Positions 15,301 to 24,291 of a stretch of 35,495 nt of DNA are shown here, in pieces. How positions within the stretch are numbered: position 1 is the first letter of the stretch; every line of letters starts with the position of its first letter. The stretch is from a virus (taxonomy: Duplodnaviria; Caudoviricetes). A program made the translations under genes and the position numbers. The DNA lies in IMG/VR virus record IMGVR_UViG_3300035670_000736, positions 1 through 35,495 of that record; one strand, written 5' to 3'. Below the pieces are notes generated by a model. That model was not told where the DNA came from and made no database searches. It saw nothing but the letters and a program-made list of their open reading frames with translations.

Positions 15301-15950
15301 CACCTTTTAACGTACCTAGTCATTGGCCTCGGTATCTTGGTTACGATTGGGGCTTCCGTTCCCCTTTTGCCGCTGTTTGGGGCGCTGTATCTTCTGGAAG
15401 GGATGACAAAGGAAACGAAGTTCCCTACTCAAAGGGAAGTATTGTCATCTACCGAGAGTTATGGGGAAAAGGAGTTGATAACGTCGAGCAAGCAAATCGT
15501 ATTGCTTCGCTTTCCGTCGGAGAGAATCCACTAGGCTACGCAGACCCGTCTATCTTTAAACACGATGGTGGACCAAGTATCAATGACCAACTGACCCAGG
15601 TTTTTGCCAAGTACAACCATCCACCGTTTCGAGCCGCTGACAATGACCGACTGTCAGGCTGGTCCCAGATACGACAACGGTTGGTTAATAAGCCACCTTT
15701 GCTATATATTTTTGCTACCTGCCCGTATTTAATACAAACGCTTCCCGCCTTGGCCATAGACAAACGGAAGCCAGAGGATGCAGATAGTGCTGGTGATGAC
15801 CATTGCTGTGACGCTTTACGTTATATGTGTAAAGCAAGACTTATAGATAGCAAGTGGGAACAACCAGCAGAAGTGTTCAACAAAGGCATTGTAAAACTGC
15901 AAGCGTATATTGCCCAGATGAGGGCGCAAGCAAATAGGCCAAAGATATGA
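12342..15950 (+). CDS. terL: Terminase large subunit precursor with two inteins (spliced product ~474 aa)
   Basis: Splicing restores Walker A GGARGGGK|T and YQGQNL|SHCAIEE Walker B; LTFNPGG; nuclease motifs GYDWG, YADPS, DDHCCDALRY. Confidence 0.95.
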   Translation: MSDYLQDKRMDEQVVWAPQAGPQEALVHCPITLIGYGGARGGGKGLALSEAVFTTNGWSTIAELKVGDVLFDANGEPTTVVYKSQPTLRQCFEITFDNGQKVIADDVHRWITHSKAERVSNYKCSDEYRAKRRAQRQSRAKTNPQKIISQQNITKLNQSRQYIYKPQNNGSMRSTLHLYETLKVQNGREVNHAIKLAGSIKQQEKNLLIPPYVLGVWLGDGSSSSGYITIGNQDSRDITRELHRCGYRSQRYANDICYKIWRNKPFISELKELGLVRNKHIPNIYLQGSEQQRLELLQGLFDTDGNCNKDGQIEFCNTRKEIAYGVYELLCSLGVKAFISKKQPKCTNAKNGTKVCKTAWIVKATTTLPVFKLFRKNQRIPTKVRETQKWHYITKIQPVPPVWTQCLEVDSETHTFLVSKSFIPTHNTDGVLGKFAIVQEQLGADFNAIFFRKELPQADDLIERAKQIYLPLKAHWQDQKKQFTFLNGGRLRFRPLADDGDAEKYQGQNLCVAVGTRIRMADGSFKPIEAIQIGDMVATLLGPRKVKNLTTPYLAPCVESQVLDQDGNVVGAQRNPIWHPVLTAHGVSSISANSLQHTSQKRHIDQQSLQWALSACNVDRIFPAYKGLKHQAWFSWKEDKKTYCTESSDDTLNTQQLDSLSVPVTLHAPTVRLVRKLARSSHAASTVCHAPGKSCEQLSDSSLMKQKIRQGFEQLDALFQPVLSSLSMLCDAPSNVPTKTQTTANFQCDCQFCRGLCDEHSLQAVENGQGKLPLQDGVAELSRTLNEDESDTIQKHNPERSEWWVHPYSGKAFYLAEDVVFGKMVMTYVGTQLVTDLTVEEANHYISDCGLINKNSHCAIEEAGNYSDPSPIWKMFGALRGKGGGQVILTFNPGGIGHGWLKELFIKPAPKGMKLLTKMLPNGASFDYIYIPSRVHDNQILLAKDPEYINRLHMVGSPELVRAWLEGDFEIHEGSYFPEFSSKHIVSPFNVPSHWPRYLGYDWGFRSPFAAVWGAVSSGRDDKGNEVPYSKGSIVIYRELWGKGVDNVEQANRIASLSVGENPLGYADPSIFKHDGGPSINDQLTQVFAKYNHPPFRAADNDRLSGWSQIRQRLVNKPPLLYIFATCPYLIQTLPALAIDKRKPEDADSAGDDHCCDALRYMCKARLIDSKWEQPAEVFNKGIVKLQAYIAQMRAQANRPKI
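12474..13622 (+). mobile_element. Intein 1 (383 aa), class-3-type, with LAGLIDADG homing endonuclease
   Basis: Starts GLALSEAV, block B DDVHRW, block F TQCLEVDS, ends PTHN|T; LGVWLGDG and LQGLFDTDG motifs. Confidence 0.92.
13872..14906 (+). mobile_element. Intein 2 (345 aa), Cys1, no sense-strand endonuclease
   Basis: CVAVGTRIRMADGSFKPIEAIQIGD; block B WHPVLT; VTDLTVEEANHYISDCGLINKN|S. Confidence 0.92.
13990..14823 (-). CDS. HNH endonuclease with three HTH repeats, encoded antisense inside intein 2
   Basis: [36 protein letters not shown]; HTH-like [47 protein letters not shown]. Confidence 0.88.
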   Translation of the reverse strand: [277 protein letters not shown]

Positions 15951-18457
15951 GCGACGAGTCTACAATTAAACGGTTTTCAGGCGCTTACTGGAAAAGTCAG
16001 ATCAACCTAGCAACAGAGCGCAGAAAGAAGTTTATTGAGGCCGCTGAAGAGTCTATTCGAGTTTATAACGCTCAAAAAGACATTGGTATCATGCGTGATA
16101 CCGAGCGCAGACTAAACGTATGGTGGTACTGCGTTAATACCCTTCTCCCTGCTTACTACAGCTCTACACCTAAAGCAGAAATTTCTCTCCGTAAGCGTTC
16201 AGGTGGAGTTTTGCACGAAGCAAGTGCTGTAATCCTAGAGCGCAATATCCAGTACCAGATGGATATGGAGTTTAACTTTGACCAGGTAGGCTACACGGCA
16301 GCTCTGCAATTTTTGCTTACCGGCCAAGCTGTTCTGTGGTCTAGGTACACTTTTGAGGAAGAGACAGAGCAGCAAGAAATGGTGTTGTTCGCACAGCCTG
16401 ACGGCAAATTAGTTGATCCTGACGGAGAGACTTATGAGGGACCGACAGACGTTCTACAACCTGGTCCTGGCGGTACTTATATCGTGCCTGTTGACGTACC
16501 ACGCAAAGATGATGAGCGAGCTATCCTCGAAGTCGTACAATACAATGACTACCTTTGCTCAGACGCACGAAACGAGTCAGAAGTAGAGTGGAGAGGACGC
16601 AGAGCCTACCTTACTCGTGCTCAAGCAAATAACATCTTTGGCGAAGAGATTGCTAACAAGCTCAAATACGATTCCTTCCCAGAAGCTATAAAGAAAGATT
16701 TCAACCGTGATCGAGCTAAGTACGAAGGCAAGGCAGAGGTTTATGAAATCTGGTGTTATGAGTCAGGCAAGGTGTACTGGATTCAAACTACTGGCGATAA
16801 GTCACTCCTTATGGAGTCAGAGCCACCAATAGAGTTTGAAAAGTTCTACCCTTGCGTAGTTATCGCTCAAAGCCAGGATCCAGACTCTGTAATTCCAGTG
16901 TCTGACTACTCACACGTAAAAGACCAAATCCTAGAAATTGAGCGTCTTACTACCCGTATTCACGCTGTAACTCAGGCAATCCGCACTAACGCTGCATACG
17001 ATTCTGCAATCGGCTCACAGATTGAACAGCTTATGATTGGCGACCTGAAGATGGTGCCAACCATTAACTGGCCATCGTACAAAGCTCGTGGTGGGCTCGC
17101 TAACAGCATAGAGTTTATGCCAATCGAGCCGTTTGTTAACGCTCTTGCTACCTTGCAAACTGCACGACAAACCGCACTTTCTCAGCTTTACGAAACACTG
17201 AAAGTGTCTGATCTTTTGCGTGGAACGAGCGCAGAGTACAAGACAGCTACTGCAAACAGACTCGAAAACGCATGGTCATCCCTTGGGCTTATCGTGCGTC
17301 AAAACATGTTCACTAAGTTTGTGTCTGACGGCATTGCAAACCTTGGGACAATCATTACAAGCCAGTTTGAGAAAGCTAAGATCATGAACATTGGTGATGC
17401 AACACAGGTGCTTTTGCCACTTGTGCCACCTACACCACCAATGGATCCAAACTTTCCTGCTCCACCACCAGTTGATCCAACTCTGATGGTTATGGGGATG
17501 GAAGATGAAATCATGCGTCTCTACCGAGATGATGACCAGTTTAACTATCGCATTCAGATAGCCTCAGACTCCATGATGGCTATCGACCAAGCACAAGACC
17601 AGGCAGAAGGCGCACAGCTTATGTCTACTTGTGGTGAGTTTTTTAACCAAATGCGAGCACTTATTGAGCAGTACCCGCCGCTTCTTGGTTTCAGTATTGA
17701 GCTGTTTCAAAACGTCATTAAACGCTTTAAAGGTGGTAAGGAACTTGATGGCATCTTTACACGAGCATTACAGCAAGTTGGGTCAATCTCTGCGGCACGT
17801 GAAGAAGCTGCGAAGCAACCTCCACCGCCGGATCCGAAGGTTCTTGAGATTCAAGGTCGTATGCAGATTGCGGAGATTGAAGCACAAGCTCGCATTCAAG
17901 CTCAGCAGATGGAGATGGTAGATCGTCACGACAAGAACATGATCACCTACCAAGAGCAGCAGCTTCGTATGCAGCGTGATCAACTTGAGGCGCAATTAAA
18001 GATTCAATCACAGCAGTTTGACGAATACGTGAAGCAGCAAGAGCTTGTGATCAAGCAACAAGAGGTACAGGTAAAAGCACAAGCGGTGCAGGTTGATAAC
18101 CTTAAAGTCCAAGCAATGGCAGCAAGTGACGCTAACAAGCAAGCCATTCAGCAAGAGACAAACCGCATGGCGCAGATCCTAGACATTCAAAAGCTTGAGC
18201 TTGAGAATATGCGTATACGTCTTTCTGAGTCTGAAAAGCTTATGGAAGAAAGGCGTTTGTCGTCAGAGACGCAGCTTGAGCGGTTACGTATGTCGATGGA
18301 AGCTTTTTCTGCAAAACCGTTAGAGTCTAGCGGCGAAAAGAATCCTATCGTTATTAACAACATCATTCCTAAGTCCAGCAGACGAGTAGGCAAAATCACA
18401 ACGGATGATTTAGGCAACCCAAGCATTGAACTTAGTAACATTGATGACGAGGCGTAA
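15947..18457 (+). CDS. Portal protein with long C-terminal coiled coil
   Basis: 836 aa directly after TerL (ATGA overlap); VYEIW, KVSDLLRG, KTATA motifs; Q-rich helical tail. Confidence 0.85.
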   Translation: MSDESTIKRFSGAYWKSQINLATERRKKFIEAAEESIRVYNAQKDIGIMRDTERRLNVWWYCVNTLLPAYYSSTPKAEISLRKRSGGVLHEASAVILERNIQYQMDMEFNFDQVGYTAALQFLLTGQAVLWSRYTFEEETEQQEMVLFAQPDGKLVDPDGETYEGPTDVLQPGPGGTYIVPVDVPRKDDERAILEVVQYNDYLCSDARNESEVEWRGRRAYLTRAQANNIFGEEIANKLKYDSFPEAIKKDFNRDRAKYEGKAEVYEIWCYESGKVYWIQTTGDKSLLMESEPPIEFEKFYPCVVIAQSQDPDSVIPVSDYSHVKDQILEIERLTTRIHAVTQAIRTNAAYDSAIGSQIEQLMIGDLKMVPTINWPSYKARGGLANSIEFMPIEPFVNALATLQTARQTALSQLYETLKVSDLLRGTSAEYKTATANRLENAWSSLGLIVRQNMFTKFVSDGIANLGTIITSQFEKAKIMNIGDATQVLLPLVPPTPPMDPNFPAPPPVDPTLMVMGMEDEIMRLYRDDDQFNYRIQIASDSMMAIDQAQDQAEGAQLMSTCGEFFNQMRALIEQYPPLLGFSIELFQNVIKRFKGGKELDGIFTRALQQVGSISAAREEAAKQPPPPDPKVLEIQGRMQIAEIEAQARIQAQQMEMVDRHDKNMITYQEQQLRMQRDQLEAQLKIQSQQFDEYVKQQELVIKQQEVQVKAQAVQVDNLKVQAMAASDANKQAIQQETNRMAQILDIQKLELENMRIRLSESEKLMEERRLSSETQLERLRMSMEAFSAKPLESSGEKNPIVINNIIPKSSRRVGKITTDDLGNPSIELSNIDDEA

Positions 18458-20397
18458 TGTCAGACAACGTAACCGTTTCCAATGCGCCTACTAGCGTCAA
18501 TCCTGACATACCTGTACGCACCATTGATAAAGGTGGTGAGCAAACTCAGGTCGTGGCCATTGATTGGGCTGGTGCTGGTAGCGAGGATCTTACGTCGCCT
18601 GATTTTGCGACAGAGACGACGCTTTTAAACGTAAACTCAAACCTCGCTGCTGGTATTAAAGTTGATATTAACTCGGACGTTTTAGGCGTTGCGGTAACAG
18701 GGCAACGTAACAACGAAATTGAGTTGAGCTTTTTTTCAGCGTTCAATAGTGACGTAATTACTAACACTACTGCTTCTGGTGGAAGTGCGACGATTACAAA
18801 CGGTCACGCACGTTACCGCACAGGTACAAACGCAACAGGTTCTGCAAAAGGAGTAAGTGTTTACTCATGTAAGTATAGGCCAGCGCATGAACAATACGCA
18901 TTCTTCACTGCTGCCTTTACTACTGGCGTTGTTGATAGTTATCAGCGCATTGGTATCTTTGACAGTAACAATGGCTTTTTTATCGGCTATACGGGAACCA
19001 GTTTTGGCGTTACTTTACGTACTAATGCATCTGATACAGCCATAGCACGAGCAAGTTGGAATGGTGATCCACTTGATGGTTCAGTAGGCAGTAAGTTCAC
19101 TCGTAACGGTACGCCAGAAGCTATTAACCTTACGTACAGCAACTTGTACCGCATTCGTTTTGCGTGGCTTGGTTCTGCCTCGATTTTTTTTGAGGTGTTT
19201 TCGCCTGATGGCGGGTGGATCGTTTTTCACGCAATAAAGATTCCAAATAGTCAGCTTGATCCATCTATTCGCAATCCTGAACTTCCGTTAACCATTGAGA
19301 TTGGCAAAACGTCTGGTGCCTCTGATTTAAGCCTTTACACTGCTTGCATGGCGGCAGGTACTACCTCTGATGCGTTTCCAATCAATGAAACGCTGAATGA
19401 ATACAGCCTTGCAAAGCTTAGTCGTGCCGTTATTACAGGAGAAACTTCGGCAGGTGGTGGTGGATTTGTTAATGTAAAAGTTACCCCATCAGGCTCTCTT
19501 ACCGTTGCTCTTGGCGATGTAAGCGGGGTTGCTGGTCAGGAAACAATGGCAAACTCTGTGCCAGTTGTTATTGCCTCAGACCAAAGCGCAATCCCTGTCA
19601 CGCAGTCAGGCACATGGAATATCAACAACATTAGCGGCACAATTACGCTCCCAACAGGCGCTGCTACTGAAAGCACATTGGCAGCAAAAGCTACAGAATC
19701 AACGCTGCAATCCATAGACGGTAAGATAACAGCTTGTAACACTGGCTCTGTAACGATTGGCACACAGTTGCCATCCGGCACAAACAACATAGGTGATGTT
19801 GATGTGCTGACATTGCCTAACGTCACTTTAGCTAGTCAGGCAAATCCGTTTACATCAGCTATTCCTATTTCGGATAATGCTGGATCAATTACCGTAGACG
19901 GCACAGTTGCTGCGACTCAATCAGGTACGTGGAATATAACAAACGTATCTGGAACAATTTCACTCCCTACCGGTGCTGCAACAGAAAGTACGCTTTCTAC
20001 AATTAACGGTAAGGTTACGGCTTGCAACACAGGTGCTGTCACTATTTCAACAGCTTTACCGGCTGGTACAAATAACATCGGAGATGTAGACGTACTTACA
20101 CTTCCCGATGCAGCTCTAAAAACGTATTCCAGTAGTTCCGTCACCAGTGTTACGTCTGCCGCTGTTTCAACAAGCATACTTGCCAGTAACGCTAACCGGC
20201 GCATGGCAATCATGGTAAATGACGCAGATAAAAATGCTTATGTAAAATTAGGAGCAACTGCTTCTACAACTAGCTTTTCGTATAAGCTCGCACCAGGTCA
20301 AACACTTGAGCTGCCTGTGCCAGTATATACGGGTGCCATTGATGCAATCTGGGATACCTCGCCTACGGGCTCAATGCGAGTTACGGAGATTAGCTAA
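18457..20397 (+). CDS. Fibre/spike-like virion protein with internal repeats
   Basis: T/S/G-rich; beta-rich N-domain; repeat at ~19600-19818 and ~19915-20106; C-domain resembles ORF 24655. Confidence 0.6.
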   Translation: MSDNVTVSNAPTSVNPDIPVRTIDKGGEQTQVVAIDWAGAGSEDLTSPDFATETTLLNVNSNLAAGIKVDINSDVLGVAVTGQRNNEIELSFFSAFNSDVITNTTASGGSATITNGHARYRTGTNATGSAKGVSVYSCKYRPAHEQYAFFTAAFTTGVVDSYQRIGIFDSNNGFFIGYTGTSFGVTLRTNASDTAIARASWNGDPLDGSVGSKFTRNGTPEAINLTYSNLYRIRFAWLGSASIFFEVFSPDGGWIVFHAIKIPNSQLDPSIRNPELPLTIEIGKTSGASDLSLYTACMAAGTTSDAFPINETLNEYSLAKLSRAVITGETSAGGGGFVNVKVTPSGSLTVALGDVSGVAGQETMANSVPVVIASDQSAIPVTQSGTWNINNISGTITLPTGAATESTLAAKATESTLQSIDGKITACNTGSVTIGTQLPSGTNNIGDVDVLTLPNVTLASQANPFTSAIPISDNAGSITVDGTVAATQSGTWNITNVSGTISLPTGAATESTLSTINGKVTACNTGAVTISTALPAGTNNIGDVDVLTLPDAALKTYSSSSVTSVTSAAVSTSILASNANRRMAIMVNDADKNAYVKLGATASTTSFSYKLAPGQTLELPVPVYTGAIDAIWDTSPTGSMRVTEIS

Positions 20398-21077
20398 TGC
20401 CAGTATTCAGCCAAGTTCCGTTAGCAGAGCAGCAGTTTTATGGAGGAACATCCGGCGGCACTGCTACTGCGCAAACTATAACCTGTACTCCTGGTCCAGG
20501 CGCTTATGCAGCAGGTCAAAAATACAGATATAAAGTTGGTTCAGGGTTAGGTTCAACAGGATCGACCGCTACTGCACATACCTTAAATGTAAACGGATTA
20601 GGTGCAAAAAACCTTGTTAACAATGAGGACGCAACCAATCCGACTTTAGGTTCATGGGTTGCAGGGGCAGTTGTAGAGGTAATGTACGACGGCACCAACT
20701 TTGTTATTATAAATGACCCAGGTGGCTGGCAAGACAATACGCCTACTTTGACACCAGTTGCCGGAACGGTCTCAAGCCTTGTTATTTTGCGTTCGCAATA
20801 CAAAAAACAAGGAAAAAATATGCTTTACAGTGGAGTAGCTAATTTCAACACTACTTCAGTATCCAGCATAAAAGTCTCCCTGCCAGTGAATAGTTCACCA
20901 AGTGCATTGTGGTTAACAATCGTGCAAGTGTTTAACGGTTCTTCTCAGCAGTATGTCATAGCGAACAATCAAGCTGGGGCAGACAATTTTCAATGTTATG
21001 CAACCGGCACTGCAGGAAGCTTTGGCACCGCCACTAGCTGTTCGATCCGCTGGAATATCTTCTATCCTAGTGTGTAA
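20397..21077 (+). CDS. Fibre protein paralogous to the tail fibre at 34107
   Basis: 95-aa colinear module shared with 34386-34670. Confidence 0.7.
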   Translation: MPVFSQVPLAEQQFYGGTSGGTATAQTITCTPGPGAYAAGQKYRYKVGSGLGSTGSTATAHTLNVNGLGAKNLVNNEDATNPTLGSWVAGAVVEVMYDGTNFVIINDPGGWQDNTPTLTPVAGTVSSLVILRSQYKKQGKNMLYSGVANFNTTSVSSIKVSLPVNSSPSALWLTIVQVFNGSSQQYVIANNQAGADNFQCYATGTAGSFGTATSCSIRWNIFYPSV

Positions 21078-21079
21078 TT

Positions 21080-21394
21080 ATGAGCCTTTTATTGCTTCTC
21101 AATCCGAAGCAGTATGGCGGTGCCGTAACAACGCCTGACACAAGTGACATACTGGATGTTTACCGCAAGCGCCGTAAAAAGCTTGAGGATGACCGCCTCG
21201 AAGAAGAAATAGCAGCACAGCTACTCAAGGCTAGGCAGCAAGACATCGTAATACCGGCCAAGGTAGACCCTTTAAAGCTAGGTGCAATCTTACAAGAAAA
21301 GATGTATGTAAACATAAAGCCAGACGAAGTGCAGGGAGAGGAACGCATTAAGCGGATCCGCCTGTTACTCTTAGCCCTGGTAATGGATGACTGA
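21080..21394 (+). CDS. Hypothetical protein (head module)
   Basis: Tightly packed ORF. Confidence 0.6.
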   Translation: MSLLLLLNPKQYGGAVTTPDTSDILDVYRKRRKKLEDDRLEEEIAAQLLKARQQDIVIPAKVDPLKLGAILQEKMYVNIKPDEVQGEERIKRIRLLLLALVMDD

Positions 21395-21705
21395 TGAGCA
21401 AATATAGACTGTTCCAGTATTGCCCTGTTCAGCAAAAGGTTGTTCCAATCGAAGAAGTTCAGAAAGAAAGGTTTGCACGAGACCTTTTTATTCAAGACGA
21501 GATGGAACCAACCAGAAACCCTCTTAATCCTAAAGAAATATACACTAGCAAATCAAAGCTCAGAGCAGCTTATAGAGCCGCTGGTGCTGTGGAAGTGGGC
21601 GATGCCTATGAACGTGGGTATACACCTGAGCGAGAACAACAACGCTCAGAGAAGCAACTAATTGATAAATTTATGAAAAATCTGCGGGAGCGATACAATG
21701 GCTAA
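21394..21705 (+). CDS. Hypothetical protein preceding the scaffold
   Basis: YTSKSKLRAAYRAAGAVEVGD; TGATG overlap. Confidence 0.65.
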   Translation: MSKYRLFQYCPVQQKVVPIEEVQKERFARDLFIQDEMEPTRNPLNPKEIYTSKSKLRAAYRAAGAVEVGDAYERGYTPEREQQRSEKQLIDKFMKNLRERYNG

Positions 21706-22741
21706 TAACGAAGATACACAAGCCACTGAGGTACAGGCTGAGAAAGCAGCGCCAGAAAAGCTATCCATTAGAGATGCACTGCAACAGCGTTTTGAGGAAG
21801 CAGCCGACACCGAAAGCGAAGTAGAAGCAAACGAAGAAGCTGAACCAGAAAGTGAACCAGCCGCAGAAGTCGCTGTGCAGCAGCCTGTCCAAGAGGAGCG
21901 TCCTGCGCTTCTTCCCCCTGCTGACATGCGCAAAGAGGAAAAGGATGCCTTTCTCAATCCTACCGCTGAAAACGCTCATATCCTACAAAACTACCTTAAC
22001 CGTAGAGCTTACGAAACACGCTCTGATTATAGCCGCAAAATGGCAGAAGTTGAGGAACTACGCAAAAACACATCAGGTTTGTACGATACCCTGAAGCAAT
22101 ACGAGCCAGATTATCTAAAACGTGGCATCAGCATTGCCGATGTTGCCAAACGCTCAATAGCTTGGGACAGAGCTATGGAGGCCGATCCAGTCTCGACGGC
22201 ACGAGAATGGCTTGAAGCTTATGGTCTTACGCCAGAAGAGTTAATGCAGCAGCAGACTCAAGCCATTCAACAGCAAGTGCCATCCAACTACCTAACCCGT
22301 GAGGAAGCAGAGCGCATAGCTGAAGAACGAATGCAATCTCTTCTGCAACAGCAAGAGCAAAAAGCGGTTGAGTATTACAATCAGAAGGTCGTAGAATCTT
22401 TCATGAATAGTAGACCCGTATTCAGGGATCCAGAAACAGCCGCTCAAATAGAGGCTGATATGGCTCCCGTAGTACAGGCATTAACCTCAACAGGCCGCTA
22501 CAGCACCCCTGAACAGGTTTTAGAAACTGCCTATAACTACGTCATAAACGGGAACCCCGCTTATTCCAGCCTCGTTTCTAAGATGGCTGCTAAGCCGGTT
22601 ATTCAAGAACAGAAGGCAGCGGTCGAAAAGGCCAAGGCTGCATCGAAATCAATTTCTGGCTCCACCGGTAGTGGGACTCCCAGAGTACAAACAAAAGACA
22701 TACGGGATAATCTGCGTCGGCGTCTCTCAGGTGGAGACTAG
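21698..22741 (+). CDS. Capsid scaffolding protein
   Basis: Acidic N-terminus, helical E/Q/A-rich body, directly upstream of the MCP. Confidence 0.75.
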   Translation: MANNEDTQATEVQAEKAAPEKLSIRDALQQRFEEAADTESEVEANEEAEPESEPAAEVAVQQPVQEERPALLPPADMRKEEKDAFLNPTAENAHILQNYLNRRAYETRSDYSRKMAEVEELRKNTSGLYDTLKQYEPDYLKRGISIADVAKRSIAWDRAMEADPVSTAREWLEAYGLTPEELMQQQTQAIQQQVPSNYLTREEAERIAEERMQSLLQQQEQKAVEYYNQKVVESFMNSRPVFRDPETAAQIEADMAPVVQALTSTGRYSTPEQVLETAYNYVINGNPAYSSLVSKMAAKPVIQEQKAAVEKAKAASKSISGSTGSGTPRVQTKDIRDNLRRRLSGGD

Positions 22742-22750
22742 GCCATAGAG

Positions 22751-22777
22751 GTTATCCCGATAATTTAAAGGGATAAC
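22751..22777 (+). promoter_or_regulatory. Hairpin covering the MCP ribosome-binding site
   Basis: GTTATCCC/GGGATAAC perfect 8-bp stem ending 4 nt before the ATG. Confidence 0.45.
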
Positions 22778-22781
22778 TAAA

Positions 22782-23738
22782 ATGGCAAATCTTGAGGAAG
22801 CAGTAGTAGCGACCTTGTTTGACCAGTCCGATGCAATCGCTGATGAGGTGCTTCACCATAATCCGCTTCTTGCTTCACTGGATGAGCAGGGCTTGATCCG
22901 TAAATTCTCCGGTGGATATGAACTCCGTAAGCCAATCATGTACAATGATGCGGCTGTAGGTGGTTTCTACTCCGGTTTCTCATCTTTCAACCTTGATGCT
23001 ATCGATGATGCAACTGCATTCCGATTCGCTATCAAGCAGGTATATGAGCCTGTAGCAATTTCAGGCCGTGACCGACGTGCTAACCGTGATGAGGCTATGC
23101 TTCTTGATCTCGCTGAGATGAAGATGAAAGCTGCAATCGCTCGACTTAAGAATACCGTTTCTACCTCGCTTCGTGGCGATGGAACAGGAAGCGGAGGACT
23201 TGAGTTCGACGGTATCAAGAAGGCAGTTTCGACTTCACCTTCTTCTGGAACCTATGGAACCATTGACCGTACTGCTAACTCTTGGGCTCGAAATCTTGCG
23301 GTAAACGTAACGCTTTCAGCTTCAAACGTTCAGGAACAGATCACAGATGCTATCAGCCAAATCACACGAGGCGACGAGCAACCTGATCTTGGTCTTATGG
23401 ATCGTACAGCTTGGAAGTACCTCCACTCTTCGCTCACTGCAATTCAGCGTATTCAGCTTCCTGTAAAGAAGGCTGTAGCTGGTTTCCGTGTGCTTCAGTA
23501 CGACGGATGCGATTTCGTATTCGACGGTGGATACGGTTCTTCAGTGCTTGAGACAAACTCATGCCGACTTCTCAATACTAAGTATTGGTCGTTCGACGTG
23601 GTTCGTGGTGCAGACTTCAAACCGCTTGCTCCAGAGATGGCTCGACCGGTTGATCAGGATGCTTTCTTCACAGTTATCATTGTTGAAGGAAACCTCTGCT
23701 GCGCTGCACCTGCACTTCAGGCTGTTATTTACGCTTAA
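22782..23738 (+). CDS. Major capsid protein
   Basis: 318 aa after the scaffold; YGTIDR, EQPDL, GNLCC..P.LQAV motifs; strong codon bias. Confidence 0.88.
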   Translation: MANLEEAVVATLFDQSDAIADEVLHHNPLLASLDEQGLIRKFSGGYELRKPIMYNDAAVGGFYSGFSSFNLDAIDDATAFRFAIKQVYEPVAISGRDRRANRDEAMLLDLAEMKMKAAIARLKNTVSTSLRGDGTGSGGLEFDGIKKAVSTSPSSGTYGTIDRTANSWARNLAVNVTLSASNVQEQITDAISQITRGDEQPDLGLMDRTAWKYLHSSLTAIQRIQLPVKKAVAGFRVLQYDGCDFVFDGGYGSSVLETNSCRLLNTKYWSFDVVRGADFKPLAPEMARPVDQDAFFTVIIVEGNLCCAAPALQAVIYA

Positions 23739-23756
23739 TTAGGGAGGTAACAGAAT

Positions 23757-24245
23757 ATGTCAGGTTCAGGATCATTCGGAGTAAATTACAAGAGAACTTT
23801 CGACGTTGATACAGTTCCATCTCTTCCAGCTAAGGTTGGAGATGTTGGATCGTGTCCAGAGGGTTCGTTCATCTTCGTTCAAGCTGATGGCGCAATCGCT
23901 CAGTATGCTTTCGTCAAGATTTCTGACGATGGACAGGCTGACGAGCTTACAACTACCAACGCTGGTTCAAATAACCTCCAGGTAGGTGTTGCTCAGGTTG
24001 CTGCTCTCGACAACGAGTACCTCTGGGTATGGGTTGGCGGAATCGGTGGCGGAGGAGTTGGTACAGGCATTAAGGGTAAGGTTGCAGCTAACTATGTTGC
24101 TGATAACAACCTTCAAACTACTGCTACAGACGGAGTTGCTGACGATGCTTCGACTACGCTCATTAAGAACGTAGTAGGCGTTGCAGGAACTACTCCAGCT
24201 GCTGCTGTAGAGCTGAAGTCAACTGGCTACCTTACAGTGAACTAA
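23757..24245 (+). CDS. Capsid decoration/cement protein
   Basis: Follows the MCP with GGAGG SD; small-residue beta-rich; terminator follows. Confidence 0.6.
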   Translation: MSGSGSFGVNYKRTFDVDTVPSLPAKVGDVGSCPEGSFIFVQADGAIAQYAFVKISDDGQADELTTTNAGSNNLQVGVAQVAALDNEYLWVWVGGIGGGGVGTGIKGKVAANYVADNNLQTTATDGVADDASTTLIKNVVGVAGTTPAAAVELKSTGYLTVN

Positions 24246-24251
24246 TAAATA

Positions 24252-24281
24252 GCGGGAGGCTTGTATAGCTCCCGCCTTTTT
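24252..24281 (+). terminator. Rho-independent terminator
   Basis: GCGGGAG/CTCCCGC stem plus T5. Confidence 0.7.
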
Positions 24282-24291
24282 ACGAGGTCTT

